The translations under genes were made by a program, and so were the position numbers. The notes under the pieces were generated by a model, which saw only the letters and a program-made list of their open reading frames with translations, had not been told where the DNA came from and made no database searches. A stretch of 63,003 nt of DNA, filler included, from Choristocarpus tenellus KU-1152 (lineage: Eukaryota > Protista > Phaeophyceae), in NCBI GenBank assembly GCA_964200185.2. It is 9 parts of 9 records of this genome, joined end to end, with 100 filler letters (N's around TTAATTAATTAA, not from the genome) between each part and the next. Parts side by side here need not be neighbours in the genome. Positions count along the whole stretch, not along the records: positions 18,129 to 42,518 come from CAXNAD020000213.1; 8 more parts are not named here. One strand, given 5' to 3'. This document shows positions 25,301 through 40,300 of the stretch, piece after piece. Every line of letters starts with the position of its first letter. Within the stretch, counting starts at the first letter, position 1.

Positions 25301-28300
25301 GTGAGGGTATTTGATGGTGATTGTAACTTACCTACAAAGTATCCTTTGTGTTAATGAACATAGATTGTTGTCTACACACTGACCTTGTTGCTTTCCTTTA
25401 CATTTCAAATCTTCCCCCCTGTATAGGACATACGTAAAGCTGTTGCAGACCAAGCTACCCACACCTCAGGCAGCTATGGGTGGCCAGCAGTACCGTATTC
25501 CTGATGGTGGGGAAGTCACAGTCTGCTACACAGTGAACACAGCAGAGTATTGTGCAGATATTTTGCCACAGCTCGAGGAGATGATAAGGTAGAATGTTGA
25601 AATCCTTCCCAATTTTTTTAGTCTTTGCCCTTGCTTGTGTTTTCTTTATATTTTGTAACTTAAATTATGTCTAATCATTGGCAGGAGCAAGATGGATGCC
25701 TGCTTTGCAGACAAAGTGGAGTTTGCAGAAGAGCAAGAGCTCTACTATGACATCATTGCACAGGCTATAAAGGTTCTGGTGTCTGGCCTCGAAACTCGTG
25801 TTGAGCCAGCTTTCCGGGCTATGTCTGCAATAAACTGGGGCAGTTGTGAAATGGTGGGAGAAGAGAGTCACTATGTCCGGAGCATCAATGATGCTTTTCA
25901 GGAGTTTGTTCCAGTTGTTCGGAACCTGCTATCCACCCTATACTTCAGGTGAGTTACCTCTTACCCAGCAGGGTTGGGATTGCTTCTACAACCCACTCTT
26001 CCATGGTCATGTGTTGTGGCAGATTCTTCTTTTGAATGATGAAAGCCAATTCCAACTTGAGCTACATCACATTTAAATACAACGGTTGTGTTATGGATGA
26101 CTATAAAGGTTTCCTAGATGTGTGGGCAGGATCCTTGGTTTTTATGTCGAACTCGCCTTCATACATTTTTGACATCCTGGGGACGTAAGTTTCTATCACC
26201 AGGAACCAATCCATGGGTATCAGACTCACTTAAGGTGTTGTGTGCAAGTGCTGAATACACATTTATGTCAATGTTGCAAGTTTGTGCTGGTTTTAAGGCC
26301 GTGGTGTTTTTTTTTGTTAGGGATATATCTCAGTGATTGTTGATTCCTCATTCAATATCTTATCCCTAATGACAGAAATTTTTGTGACAAGATGGCAACA
26401 TCGTTTCTCCCATCCTTCCTGAGTCTAATCTTACGTCAACGTCGTGTGAATGAGATGGGTACACAACAATTGCTGCTGGATGTGTACAACCTTAAGACGC
26501 TTATGCTGAAGGTGCCATCTCTAGGTGAGATTCACATCTCTCTCTATATATCTTCCTTACTGTTCTGGTCCCCATGACCAGTGTGTGATGTGCCATGTCA
26601 GCTGCATGTAGCATACTCTAGCTTGCCGCCATAATGTGCTGAGATCAAGTCAGCGAACAAATGGGCTGGATCATCTATAAATGAAAATGGACCTTGCCAT
26701 GCTTCAGTGGTGCTGATAGAGTTGCACCCAGATTATCAATTATCCTTCGTCCTTTCCCTTGACTACCTGACTATGAATGACTATATGTGAATCCTACTTC
26801 ATATCATAACTATTGTAGATGTTAGTAAGTTTGTTCATTACATATCCATCTTGTTTACTGTCAAGTTATGCCTTTTTTCAGATGTGGAAGGAATTCTGAA
26901 CTTCTTTTGGTTGGGTTTGTGCCCATCAAATTTTATTGCATGTTTGGGGGGAAGTTACATGAATGTTGCGTCAGATTTGTATATCGAGTGTGTGCATCCA
27001 AATTAGCATAGAAAAGATTCCTGACAAGTCAGTATTTGAATCCTATCGGCTTGTTGAATAATAGTTAAGTTCAGATCTGATCTGTCCTGCACTACTTACC
27101 CTCTTTTTATTGCCTAATCCCTTGTCAAATAGCAAGGTTGTTACTGCAAGGCACCAGAGGAGTTGAGCACTCCTCTGTGGTGATGCGGTGCTTGTTGGCT
27201 TTGTTGGTAAGGTCAAGGCCTCACGTTATACATACTGAACTTGCAAAAAATAGTTGTGTTGTAACCTGTGACTTTTTTACATACACATCATGTTCAGATG
27301 ATGCAATTTTAATGAGAATCTGTGCAGTGGACTGATGTATGCCTTATTCAAGAGTTGTATAAGATCCCTGACTACACTTTGTGCAACCAGTGATATTCCA
27401 GGAAGAAACTCACTCCCCCAAAACTGTTTTCTTCTATTTCTCACTTTATCCATATCTATAACATGTGGCACAGGAGTATCACCGTCAGAGGCCACCCCTG
27501 TACCTGTGAGCTACATGAAGTATGTCACAAAGCAGATGTCAAAGATTGAGATGGGTGAGAAATCACATTTGGACTGTAAGTGAGAGAGCTAAGAGTGAAC
27601 ATGCATGGAAGAAGTAAGTACCAACACACAAACTGAAAAAACCATACAACTCATTTACATAACCCTTCAGACTCCTTGATTGTTGCTTGTACAGTACTCA
27701 AGCTGGTGGGTACTCCTCAGTCGATGCTTGTTGAGAGATTTCAAATCATGTGGCCTGATGGTGGAGCCCCAGATCTACAGGTGTGTAACAGTTATTGTCA
27801 TATATATATAGTGCTTGAAAATAGTAGTATTGATGGCAAAGTGCTGTGTTTCCAGATTGGGATCCTAGTTACTGCACCTTAACAAATACTCTTGCATTTA
27901 TAAGTTACATGTAACAATATGTTTTGTGTATAGATCACATACTCCTCATAAACACTTTCAGAGGTAGGAGGTTGATGTAAGTCGATACAGACCAGGTCTG
28001 GTGGGCAGTTGTGTCCCTAATACACAACACTGAAATGTTCTGGGAAACTCATCCCCTATGTAAAGAACTAAAATGATGGTTAGGATGTCCAAATATGTTT
28101 TGGCATGGATGTTGAGGTGGTTGTGGCAAGACTAGGTGTGTGTGAAGTCACCAACATCTCAAAGGTGAAGACCTGGATCAGAAGAGTTGTTGAGCAGACC
28201 CTCAAGGTCTAAAGGTGGAAGCACCCCAAGTGGATTGCGAGTTTCAATGTGGACAGTGTGGCTGTCCAAAATGAAATTTCAACAAGATCGATGACCCAAG

Positions 28301-31300
28301 TTCAAGTTGAGTCTTTTCAGTTTTAGAGGAGGGAGCTAGTAAAAAAACTTTCCTGCAGCAACGTGGGAATAGATTTGGATGATGGAGGAGAGGACTCTGA
28401 CTCTGATGAGGATGGGGCAGATTAGCAGAGCAGTGGCAAAGAGTCTGGCATTGGGGGTGTATATGATGGGGAGGAAACTGATTTAGGTGAATTTGTTCTT
28501 GTCAGGGGGAACACAAGGGATATAGCCCACACTCAACAAATACGAGTATGTCAGGGTGGTTAACACTAACTGCAGAATCGCTGAGGAGCTTTATCTGGTG
28601 TTGTTGTGGGAGTGTGTGGCTTCAACGTCACCAAATAATCTACTTAACCTTGCATTTCCCTGAAGACCAGCTTGATGAGGTGGTAGCAGCAACAAACACT
28701 AGGATGAGGCCCGGTAGGTATCATGCAAGTGCCGCTGACACCCAGCATATGTTAAGTGGCCTGGTTGGGATGATGGTTGTTTCAAGCATGGATGGGGAGC
28801 AGACAGGTTACTGGGTAAAAGGGAAGACTGCACATGGGTTATGGACAGGTCCTGACTTTGGTTGTTTCAAGACTTATTCCCACTTCAGGAACCTCCTCTC
28901 GGCATTTGCATTGAATGCTGATACTATAGGGGATGGAGATGGTGGGCATAGATACCTGGGGGGTCAAGATAAGTGGTCAGAGGTGTTGGGCTTTGTTGTT
29001 GCTCTGGAGGAGGCATGGCAGCCAAAGCCCTGGTCCCACAGGTTATTTGCCACAATATTGGGCATGATTGAGACCAATGTGTTTCTGGGTAGGGACAGAT
29101 GGGAGGTGGATAATACGTCACACTAGACTTAAATGGAGAGTGTTTCATCTTTGTTGCTCATATGGGAGGATGGAGCCAACAGAACCAACAGCAATGCTGA
29201 GGTGTGACTGCAGCTAGGACTGGGGACCTTTGGGTTGGGAACAAGAAATGGGGACTGTTGAAGTGTTGTGTAATGTGTGTAGGGTTAGCCTGTTTTTTTT
29301 TGTGCAACCTCCTCTGATGGGATGAGAACCATTGCTATCTGCAAGTTGTCACTAGAAGGCAGTGCAGGTCAATTGTGCAGTCTGGTAGGTGCAGGATGTC
29401 TTCTGGTATGTGTGTGAATGTTTGTCAGAAGGTCATGGCTTGGTTGGGGAGGCTTGGGAATGCATTTCCTCTGCAACTTAGCCTGCTATTTTTGGGGTGG
29501 TTTTCGTGTCAGATCAGGTACTTGCTGGGGCAGTAGATGGCAGTGCAACAAATCAATTAGTCATTTTTTGCGCCATGTCTTTTTGCTTATGGATGATTGT
29601 CTCAGTCAAGACTGGAGGGATATTACCCTTCAAATTTGGGTTCCCAGATTGTTTTGAAAGTGGGATTATAATTTGTCAAGGTGTAGTAGGGTGTGGGCCA
29701 GACAGTAAAATATGTATACCGAATCACTATCCTTTAGTGGGCGGAGGATATCATTTGGGATGTATTTTATGTGCCTGTGAAGAGAGCATGGCCTGGGGAG
29801 TCTTGGGCATAGATTTCTGGGCCTCCAACACCATGCACTTTTTGTGTAACATCTGTAATGCAAGGGTGCGGCGCTTTTGCTTGACCTTGTGCTTATTTGG
29901 AAGGAGGTTGCTGTGGAACTTTCGGTCTCAACTCAAATAAATGATACAGGAACATCTACAGAGGTACACACCATAAGGCCCAACTTGTTTTTTCATTCAA
30001 CTGTTCAGCTCTAAATATTTCTGGGATGTAATAATCTTTGTATTCAGCATTTTTTCAAAACATTGCTTACAATTGTATGTAAAACAGGATCATATTTGCA
30101 TATTGTTGAACATAAGAGCATGCATTGAAGCCAATTGGTAGAAGCAACATGTGCGCGTGTAAAAAGATCCCAGTCGCAAGTATTGGTCGTTGAAATCAAG
30201 AACAAGGGCAAGTGAAAACTTTGAGAAGCTCTTGAGTACTCCTCTTCCGAAGCATTCATCTATTGAAGATGCACATTTGTTCGTTATCATTTCAGGATGG
30301 AGTCACTTAATTCAAGCATCCAATCATGCTAATAATCATTATGGTATTTTTCATTGCTGGGGCAATGCGATTTTCGTGTACTTGAACTGAGTTAGGAGGT
30401 TGGTGCAAACCTGTATCGACCAGCTCAGAGAGAGCCTTTCCTGTGTCCTTAGTTCGCAGGCATGTTGTATGGTGTGGGAAATCCATCCCTTGTTGAACAA
30501 ACTGAACCACTGAAGGAGACCATGTCTAAGATCCAGATTGGGTGATTTGTGAAGGTATGCAGGGTAAAATTCATCAAGGCCTCCAAAGGTAAAGACCTGG
30601 AATTGGATAGTGACCGTTCAGACCCCTAAAGTTTGGAATGAGGACTGGACTGGAAGTGGAAAGTGGACTGCACTGTGGATGGTGTGATCATTGACAAGGG
30701 TGACATATCAAGATTAATGACAATTGTGTCACCTGAAGATTCAGAATTTCACTGGAGGAGAAGTTGAGCAAAGATGAGGATGATGAGTTTGGTTGGAGGG
30801 AGATTCAGAAAATGGGAGAGATGAAGATTTCAGTGAGAATGTGCCAGAAGAGGTTGGCAACAGTTAGAAGGATGGATCTGGAGAAACTGGATCATATACC
30901 TAGTCAATAGAGGGAGGTTCAGAAAATGGGAGATATGGAGATTCCAGTGAGAATGTGGCAGAAGAGGTTGGCAACAGTCAGAAGGATGGATCTGGAGAAA
31001 CTGGATCATATACTTAGTCAATAGATGGGGAGGTTGAAGATGTGGATCATTTCATTCTCATCCAAGGGTTTAAGAAGAAGAGCCTACCTCAGACGTATGA
31101 AAATGTCCAAGTGGTAATAGCAGATCTAAGGACTATTGACAATTGTCAATAGAGCTGATGCTGTTGCAGTGGTGTTCATGAGGGTCAACTTTTGGAACCC
31201 ATTAACTATTTGGACTCAATTTTCCCTGAAGGTCAGATCAAGGTCATGGTAGAGGCAACAAATGCTTGTACGCAACAGGGTAGGGGTTGAACATGTGCCA

Positions 31301-34300
31301 CTGTCATCCTGTGTATGTTGGTTGCCGTGTTGGCTATTGCACACGTTGATTGTGTATGGAACACGGTTGAGTTATTGGGCAATAGGGAGGTGTATCAAGA
31401 ATACACAGATGGGGACTGACTTGGTCAATACATCACGTATGACTGCTTCATGGCCATCCTCTCAGCATTCCTATTGGCTACCAGTGGAGGCCTTGAGGGT
31501 GAAGAAAGGTGGGAAGAAGTGGTATCGTTCCTCCTTACGTGGAATCACAATTACCATGCTGTGTGAGACTGTTGATGGGTTAGTATTGTCAAGCTGGTGA
31601 TTGGGTGACAATGTGGGGTGATCTGAGATATCTTCCGTTTGAAGATCGCAGGAAGCCTAAGAGAACCGGGGCAGAGATCAAAGTGTTACTTGTGGAAATG
31701 GTGAAGGCTAAAGATGCTGAGGCTGCTAAGCCCTTTTGTAGCCATTTCCAGCCTCAGCTTGCATAAGCTGCGTCCCCTTAATCTCCAATGGGGTTCTACC
31801 ATATTAGTGGAGATTCTGCATTTGCTTCTGTACAATCTACAGTTATCCTGAGGGCGAAGTACGGCATGTGCTTTTGGGCATAGTGAAGATGGTACACATG
31901 CATCAGCCCAAATGTGTGCCATGCTGAAGTGCTTGCTCTGTGTGTGGGAAAGGGTCGACTTTTACTGTGCAATTTGGTCTGTTAGAGTTAGATCTGCTAT
32001 GGTGTGTGTATCAATGATCGGGAGTAGGTGCATACCTGTTCACTATGCACCCGACCAGGGCTAGGAAGTCTTTACGGATAAGTGTAAGTGCCTGTTCAAG
32101 GTGCACGAGTTTTGGAGGCTTGGGTATACATTTTATTGCAGTTTTTCTGTATGACCTGGTATGGTTGTTCGGTGATTTTCAAATATGACCAGGAATTACT
32201 GGGTTGGTGGCAGTGCCTAGTTAACCAATATGTTTAAAAAACAAACAAACTTATCCTTTAGGTTGCATAGGATTGTCCATCCCAATAGTGTATCACACAG
32301 AAACCTTGAACTGGATTTCTAGGCCATTTTAAGTTTGAGGCTTGAGTTTTTTATGACGATGCTGTCCATGGTTGAGTGTACCCAATGCAGACATGGAAGG
32401 TGTACAGCAGCCCCTTTTTTTTAATGTCTCATGGGATGTATTGATTGTGTAGAGATTCCTGGACCTTCTGAAACTAAGTTGTCTGGTCAACATGGGACTG
32501 TTAGGATATGACTTCAAAAAGGTTGTGAAGGAACCTTAAGTCAGTGTGACAATACTTTACCACACCATTTTCTGCTTTGGTCCAGTCAGCACACTTTTAC
32601 AGTTGTGTGTGGGCAATCTCTCCTCAAAATTAAAAACATTTAGGTGAAGCAAGGACCATCTTAACGGCCTCGACCAGGCAACTCCAATTTAGGCTTGTTT
32701 GACTTCAGAAAAGAGCCCCCCCTCTATGCCGTCTTACTCAAATTGAGATGAAGCTGTACTGATTGGAAAGAACCAAGATCCAGCCTTACAATGATATTCT
32801 GGGCAATATGTGTGGCATCATATCTATCTTCAGGAATGTGTTGATAACCCAAACTTCCAGAGTGCAAGTTTTGTGGATCGTGATTGCTAAAGGATTTGAG
32901 GTTTTACAACCTCGTGCCTTTTTTTGTCGAGAACAAGAATTTTCCAAAGAAAATGGAAAGCAGCAGTATCTAGAATTCCATCTTTACAAAACCAATCTCT
33001 AAAGTGAGATTGACAGTCTAGCTTTTCATATTGAAAGCTACCATAATGACTTCCATATGTGCAGCAGGTTTAATTGAGATATTCTTGACCATTTTTTTGA
33101 GAAAAAATGAAGTGGCATTTGCCTCATCAATGAGTTCCGTTTGAATCTGTGCTCAAAACCATTTTTTTAAGAGTTGTCCTGATAAAAAGCTACCAATGGT
33201 TGATTGTTCATGCTGGAATTGATATTTTTTGTTCCAAAGAAATTATTGTTCAGCTTTGAGCTGCTTTCTGATGATACTTTTGTCAAAATGTTGCTAATGT
33301 CACCATTTTCTCATACAAACTTGGCATGTGGAGTTTAGTTGGGAATTATATTGCTTGAATCATGGAAAAGCTGAAAATTTCTGATTGTCATGGACTTCGG
33401 CAGTCAAAGAGGTGCTATATTTTGGCAGTTCATCCAGCACCACCCTTGCATACGATGGCTACTACACGTAATCAGCTTATTCCGAAGAACAAGAAATTTA
33501 TGTCCAACCCTGGTCAGTCAATTGCAAGCACAGTCCTGTAGGCGTACACGTTGATGATATATCGTACAGTGAGCATAAAGAGGCTGAATTGTCCATGACA
33601 GAGTCACTCTTATTTCTTTTTCTGTTGTACATCTTATTGTGCATGGATGCATGGACTGTTTAAAGCTGTATAGTTGCTGTAATATATTTTCTTGTGGTCT
33701 TACAGACTTTTGAACTGATCAGTCTCTTCCTTTCATTGGCCTGTTCATACTTCTTATGGTAAACATGATGTGTTTTTTTTGGATCCAGAGATGGATCCAA
33801 GGATGTGGTCACGCAATATGCTGGCGAGTCCTATATTTTTCAGTGTGAATTGTCCAGGACTGTGGATCCATTGATATATATATATTTGCAATGATGCTAG
33901 GTGACCCTTTGTATGATGAGTACCAGCTAAAATGCAGTTATAGGATTGGATTCCTCAACTACTCAGATGTCTCACTTTCTTTGAAGGTATTGTTGTATGG
34001 ATGCCAAAGATCGTCCTTCGTATCTTCACACATTGTGTATAGAGAAGTGTACTAAATGCAGTTCCTGGAGAAGAATGCAAACATATTAAGGGGAGGGTAA
34101 GATGTCTTTGTCATTTCTTTAACATAAAAATAATGGAACAGCCTGGTGGAGGAGATATCACTGTTACTATTCAGAGAATAGGTTGCTTTAATCTCTCATT
34201 GTTTTCCCACTTCACAGGCAATTATGACATTGAAAGGCATGCGAAAAGCGGATCAGCAAGTTGTTCTGGACACAATTGGAATGGACCGTGGTTCGAGCAC

Positions 34301-37300
34301 TACATCTGTTGAAGCATCAGCTCATTCGGTGGCAATCCAGTCCCAGACTCCTCTGACACCACCGCCTCAGATCACCAGACTTTCTGCAAATATGCCCAAG
34401 TTTGAGACCAACACAAGGTGCGAGCTCTTGAGAAGATTGTCTTTTCGAGCTGTGAAAGATCCTACTTAATTACCACAATCCTACTTCAGCTGTCAATACT
34501 CATTGGAGCAATCCAACATGTCAAGCATAGAATTAGTGGATGTGACTGATGAGTTGGAGTTCTGCAATTCCCTAGACCCCTTTCAGCAGTCAGAGTACAT
34601 GTTTCTTTTTGGATGTGGGGATAATTACCCCACTTCCTATGCTGTGTTGTTAGGGTGTATTTCTGTGTTACTAAGTACTGAGTAATTAGTATCAGATTTC
34701 TGTCCCAATGTGTAAAACCCCAAATGTGATACATATATATATATATATATATACACATGTAATTATGTACACGGATAGAGCTCGTTTCATTGCATACCTG
34801 TAATCACGACTTTTAGTGGAAGGAAGGACACTGTGTGTCAAATACTTTGTTGCTAAAACCATTGCAAAGTTCAAATTGCAACACCTTCCAACCCATTTCT
34901 ACTAGAAAGCTATGGTTGAATACTAGGAATGAGTAAGGATCACTTGATAAAGAGATTCGATCTTAAATTTTTCTGTTTAAAATTTTGACATTTCAATGCA
35001 TGAAGTGGGATGTACGCATCAAAATGTCCTATAATCCTATATTGGTATATAATATACACGTGTATGTTGGTATAGTTTACACGAGAGAGTTCGTGGACTG
35101 GTAAAGAGGTTGATATTGCTTTGGTACTGTCTATGTTATTTGTAGTATGTATTACAGTTTGGTAGACCTGTTAGTTGCTGTGTTTCTGTGAACTGATGTG
35201 AGTTGTGTGTGAAGTTTGAGTTGCTGTTTGTGAGAGATGAGGTGTGCTTGTGCATCACCAGACAGAAGTGGTGGAGACAAGGTTTGAAGTCAGACTTTAA
35301 TGTTTGTGAGGTTGGTAACTTGATATCTTTGAAATGCTGGGTAACCTTACGTGACATTATGCACGGATATTATTTGCTGCAAATGGGAATAGTGAGAATA
35401 TGCACAATTTATATTCATAAAAGTCTACAGGCAAAAGGCCCTTAAGGTTGTCTTAACTACTGGTTCTTGATCTTCTTCCTCAGTCTTGTACAACCCCAGA
35501 CTGACTGTTGTCCAAACCTCGATTATTTCCCCCCAAAAAATCAAAGGAACCATAACAGTCTGAAATCTTCTTTGGATTTTTTGGTTCAAAAATTCCCAAG
35601 TCAAACCAATAAATGACTGTGACATCAGGATAAACCAATGTTATAAAACTAGCTTTAATCATAACTCCAAAAATGAGAGAATTCAGTACCAAAGGGATTT
35701 GAAGCAATGGTCTCTCCATCTCCAAAGGCCAGTAATTTTTTGCCTTGGTGACTCTACAGTGGTACCATTAGCTTCGCCCTCTGGGGTTATCCTTTCATAA
35801 CGTTTGATGTAGATATTGGATTAAAAAAAAGAAGCATATTCGTGATGCCCGTCACAAGGCCCTTCAGAGTATGGACTTCATTTTTTTGCCATTTTTTTCT
35901 TTTTTTGAAGAAAGAGCAGTCATATTGGGGCTTGAACCCTGTATTGTAGGTCACCAAGAGTGGCAACAGATGCACTATTATTTGATTAAAGTATAGGGTT
36001 TAGGCACGAAGAAAGCCTCCCCACCCTTTGTCCTGTGTGTTTGTGCACCCACTCTTTGACCTCGGCAAGGGTGACCTCGTCGAGGCCCAGGACGAAACGC
36101 CTCTTGTAGCGCCCTTGCTCCGACACCTTGATGTGGCCCTTAGTTAGGAAGTCTCTTTCCTATTTACTCACAGTTTCCAACCCGACCATCGCATATCCTG
36201 CAGCCATCTTGAGCGCTGTTTGACGGTCTTTCCTGTTGTTAATACACACGTACAGAATTTGCAGTGTTAGAGCCTTTACTATCACATTTCCTCGCTGAGC
36301 GCCGGAAATGGGTGTTGTCTGTGTTTCCTGGGCGGGTGATATTTTATCAAGGTGCAAGGGTGAGGGAGGACAGGCTTGAGTTGATTGAAAATTGTGTTGA
36401 CTTCTCGAATCAACTTTATACATCCAACCCCAAGTCCAGGAACCAAAGTGAATGTACAGCATCTTGCAAGAAGTGGGAGACATCAAATCATCGGCGTGCG
36501 AATAGTCTCAATCTCACCTCCTCTTCTTCCCTGGCGTCCTCATTGATGGCTACCTCCACCTGCTTCATGAACTCTTCTAAGTAATGGATTTGATGGTACC
36601 GAAGAGTCTCCACAGCTGCCTTTGTTACCATCGCTTTCTCCTCCGCCTTGCGAGCCTTTTCGATCTTCTTTCAGGCGTCAGAGTCCTTGCAGTCCAACCC
36701 TAACACCTTCTTTCTTGCTTCCTTAAGCCACTCCGGCTCGCATAGCTTCTAAACAGCCAGGGCCTGCTGCAACTGTCGACTACTAAGATATTCTACACCC
36801 GGGTTTTCGCTTAGGCGTTTCCTGAGTGCAGTGGCACTCAGTTGCACTGCTCTCTTCCCCAACCTTCCCTTCGGGCGGCCACCCCGGTTCTCCCTTCGCC
36901 CGCCGCGACAAGGCTTCCCCACAGACTTTGTCACTATACCACCTGGTCATGGACTTGCCGTTCTCTTCCTGCTTTCCCGAAGCGGCAGAGACTGCAGGCA
37001 AATGCTTTCAATGCATCTTCTCTCAGCGTCAGTGTTGCGACCTCGTGGTCCATTTCGTGATTTGATCATGCTGCTGCGCCACAGTACAGGCACTTTATCG
37101 TCACCTAACATCGCAATGAGTATCACACAGTACTTGCTTTTCCGTCATCTCTTGACAGAGAAGGTGCCAAGGGTAGATCCAGGGTGCAGAGTGGCCTTGG
37201 TGTCTCTCCCTGTCTCACTGTTGTGGTTCATGTTGCTGTGTGGGTCACGTGTGTGTGTGCTCACAGAAAGTCTGCAAAAGGCGTTTAAAAGATGTTCGCA

Positions 37301-40300
37301 ATTTTTATTTTATTTTTTTATTTTTTTATTTTTTTCAGTATCGCCGCATGCACCAAACTTGGGCAGCAACCTACCCCCCCATCAGTTTTTTGCGGGGAGT
37401 TCAGCCAACCACTTCATTTTTGTATGTTTTGAAGTCGTGACCTTCAAAACTGCACCGGAGATGTTCCCCCGCGATTTTTCCACTACTTGATCAGGACATA
37501 CCTCCTCTTCCCTCAAGCCTGCTAACCCTAACCCTAACCATTTTAGACTATCCTGCAAGGAATCCCTGTAGTGTGCGCTTTTTCCCACTGGTCCTGATGA
37601 TCCAGTCACAGTCCTGGCAGGTTTGATAGCCTTCTCCTTGTCCACCTTCTGAGCGCATGAGCCAGAGGGGCTGTGTGATGGGTGGAAAGATCATCTTGTC
37701 ATCCTTTTGTTGCGTGATCTGTGGTCCTCAGACCTCGTCTACCTTACCGTACAGTGATAATGTCCCTCCTCACCCTCCTCTTTCATACTGTTTCTTGAGA
37801 AGGCTAAGCTTCCCTCTGTCACTGTTGCCATACTGTAGAAGTGTACAAGTTCTCTGTACTGTCTTGTGTGCTTGTGCATTCATGTAAGATGCTGTACTTC
37901 AGCAAATCCTCAAACTGTTTCTTTCTCTGCTGTAATTGCTCTATACAGTGGTGGACTATAATTTGACCAAGCTCTAGATGTTCACGATACCATGCTACCA
38001 GAGTAGCGATGGTATGAAGTTGGCTTGTAACACAAATGAAGTTTAGAATTTGGATGGGTTTCAATTTCAGGAGGATCAATCCATGATACAAGTTTAATCG
38101 GTATGACCTTCAAGATTAGAGCCCAAATTAGTTGGGGATGCACTGAAAATTGGAAGATTTCGACGGGTCTTTAGACATCCCCCCCTCAAAATTCCTCTTG
38201 GAGAGGCAAAATTGCCCCACAGTAAGGCTTAAAATCAAGAAATTATTTTTCTAGGGACAATGAAGAAATGCCCCCCCTTAAATACCAACATATGTAGGAG
38301 AAAAAGAGATACCTGGGATTTGAACCTGTGGCATAGGCATAGACACAATCCGCCTACAACCGTTGATCATGGGAGTATGGTTACTCACAAGAGATGTTTC
38401 TTCTCAGATTTTTGCATTTATGTACATACGGCATTGTCAGTTGTGAGGACATCAAATTTCAAAGTACTTGATGTTGTAATGGTGAATATTTGTGCTTAGA
38501 GAGTTTAATATTCTTCCTTCACAGGATTCCCTTGTTTCATTGGGGTGTGCAGGGTTCGCTGATATATAATTTGTTTTTTCCGTATTATCACGAGCCTGGG
38601 ATTCAGTTGAGTGCCACTCGGATGATAACACACGAACAATCACATGATACCACCTGACTGGCTGCATCACCTCCCCATCTGCTTTTTGTCCTTCTGCATC
38701 CTTTCATGAGCTTCTACTATATATATTTATGAGCAACAAATGGACTTGTGGGTTATTTGTTGGACAAATTTCAAAATTGCAGAAAGACTAGTGTTCTAGA
38801 TCTTTCAAAATAGTGGAGATATCTACTCATGTTGATATGTGAGGTGCGGGTCCCTCTGAGCCCTCACCCTTTTCACTCTTCAGACACATCTACAAATTGG
38901 GTTGTTGACCAAATTTTGTGGTCTGCCCTTGTATTAATCTGAAATTGAGGGTTGGTGTTATATCACGTATCCTGTGACGAAACTGCTTGCCACTTGTCCT
39001 TGTGGATTGCTAACCATTCTTGTTATCTTTGGGAGCACAGATATACCCACATGCTATTTCTTTTACTTTGAACATATCCTCTTGCAACCGACATCTAGAT
39101 CATGGGCATTCCAACCTGTAGTGGTATTGATCCCTTTTAATGGATGAACTTTATTGCATCATTACTTGTCATAAAGAATTAATTTTACCATGGAAGTGCA
39201 ATTGTGTTTGAAGGTCCTTGTTTGCCACGTGGTTGTTGTGATTGATTCCTTCCCTATCTCGACAAAATCCATACTGAAATCAAGACATTTTGACATCCAA
39301 TTATTTTCTGGATAGCTTTGCTAGTTTATAGCTTCTGGCAAGAACGATTTACAAGTTGGATATGTTGTGATCCTCTTTCATTGAGATGGTACTTCCACTT
39401 CTGTCTTTTTGTAAAGCATGTGCATGGGCAGATCTACCTTGAATTCTGCGCTGACCACCCGCTTTGGTGGTGGTAGCTGCTGAAGCCAAACAGCATTCCT
39501 TCTGGATTTCATTGTTTGTATCAACCTTACACTTCATTGCATATAGGAAGTCATCCCTCATCACAGTCCCAGAAACCATTATACCAGAGCTGAGCCTTTG
39601 GGCTTCCTCTTCAAAGTCATTTTATGCCTGTCCAGTACCATGCATAGTTTTTGAAGTAATGCAGACCAGTGCATTTTGGTATTATGGTACAGCTTACACA
39701 AAAAACCAATAACGGTAAGTGAAATTACTTGCAACCTTTATGATAGAAACTATATATGTTATAATCCACTTTGCACAATGCCAAATTTTAGTCGACAGGA
39801 ATTGGGAATATCTTGGATTTGTTGGGATTTGTCTGAAAAAATCCTCAATTTAATATGTTGGTGGAACGACTATTTTGGATAATTTGGGGCCTTAGATCTG
39901 TAATTGATGTGTTTGAGAAGCTTGCCTACCTTTAACATCATTCTTGTGAGCCCCTCACTCAAACCTTCGCTGATAGGTGCAACCCACAGCTGGAAAAAAT
40001 ATCTTCAGATTGGTATGCTTTGTAACTATGATGACCCCCACTGATTTATAGGCTTGTATGGTGAAATATGGGGGTGGTTCAGTCTATCATGGCAACCAGA
40101 TGAAGGTTTAAAATCTGCAGCTGTCTTCCATATGTTCTGCTGAACACTATAACTCATACTGAAAATTGTTGATAATTCATTGTCAATTAGCACAATGGTG
40201 GTAGAAGTAGGTTCTGATGCTTGTGGTTCCCATCTGAACCTGTCAATTATTTCTCAATTTCTTTCCTGTCACAGGGATATTGCGTCCAAGATGGAGAATA

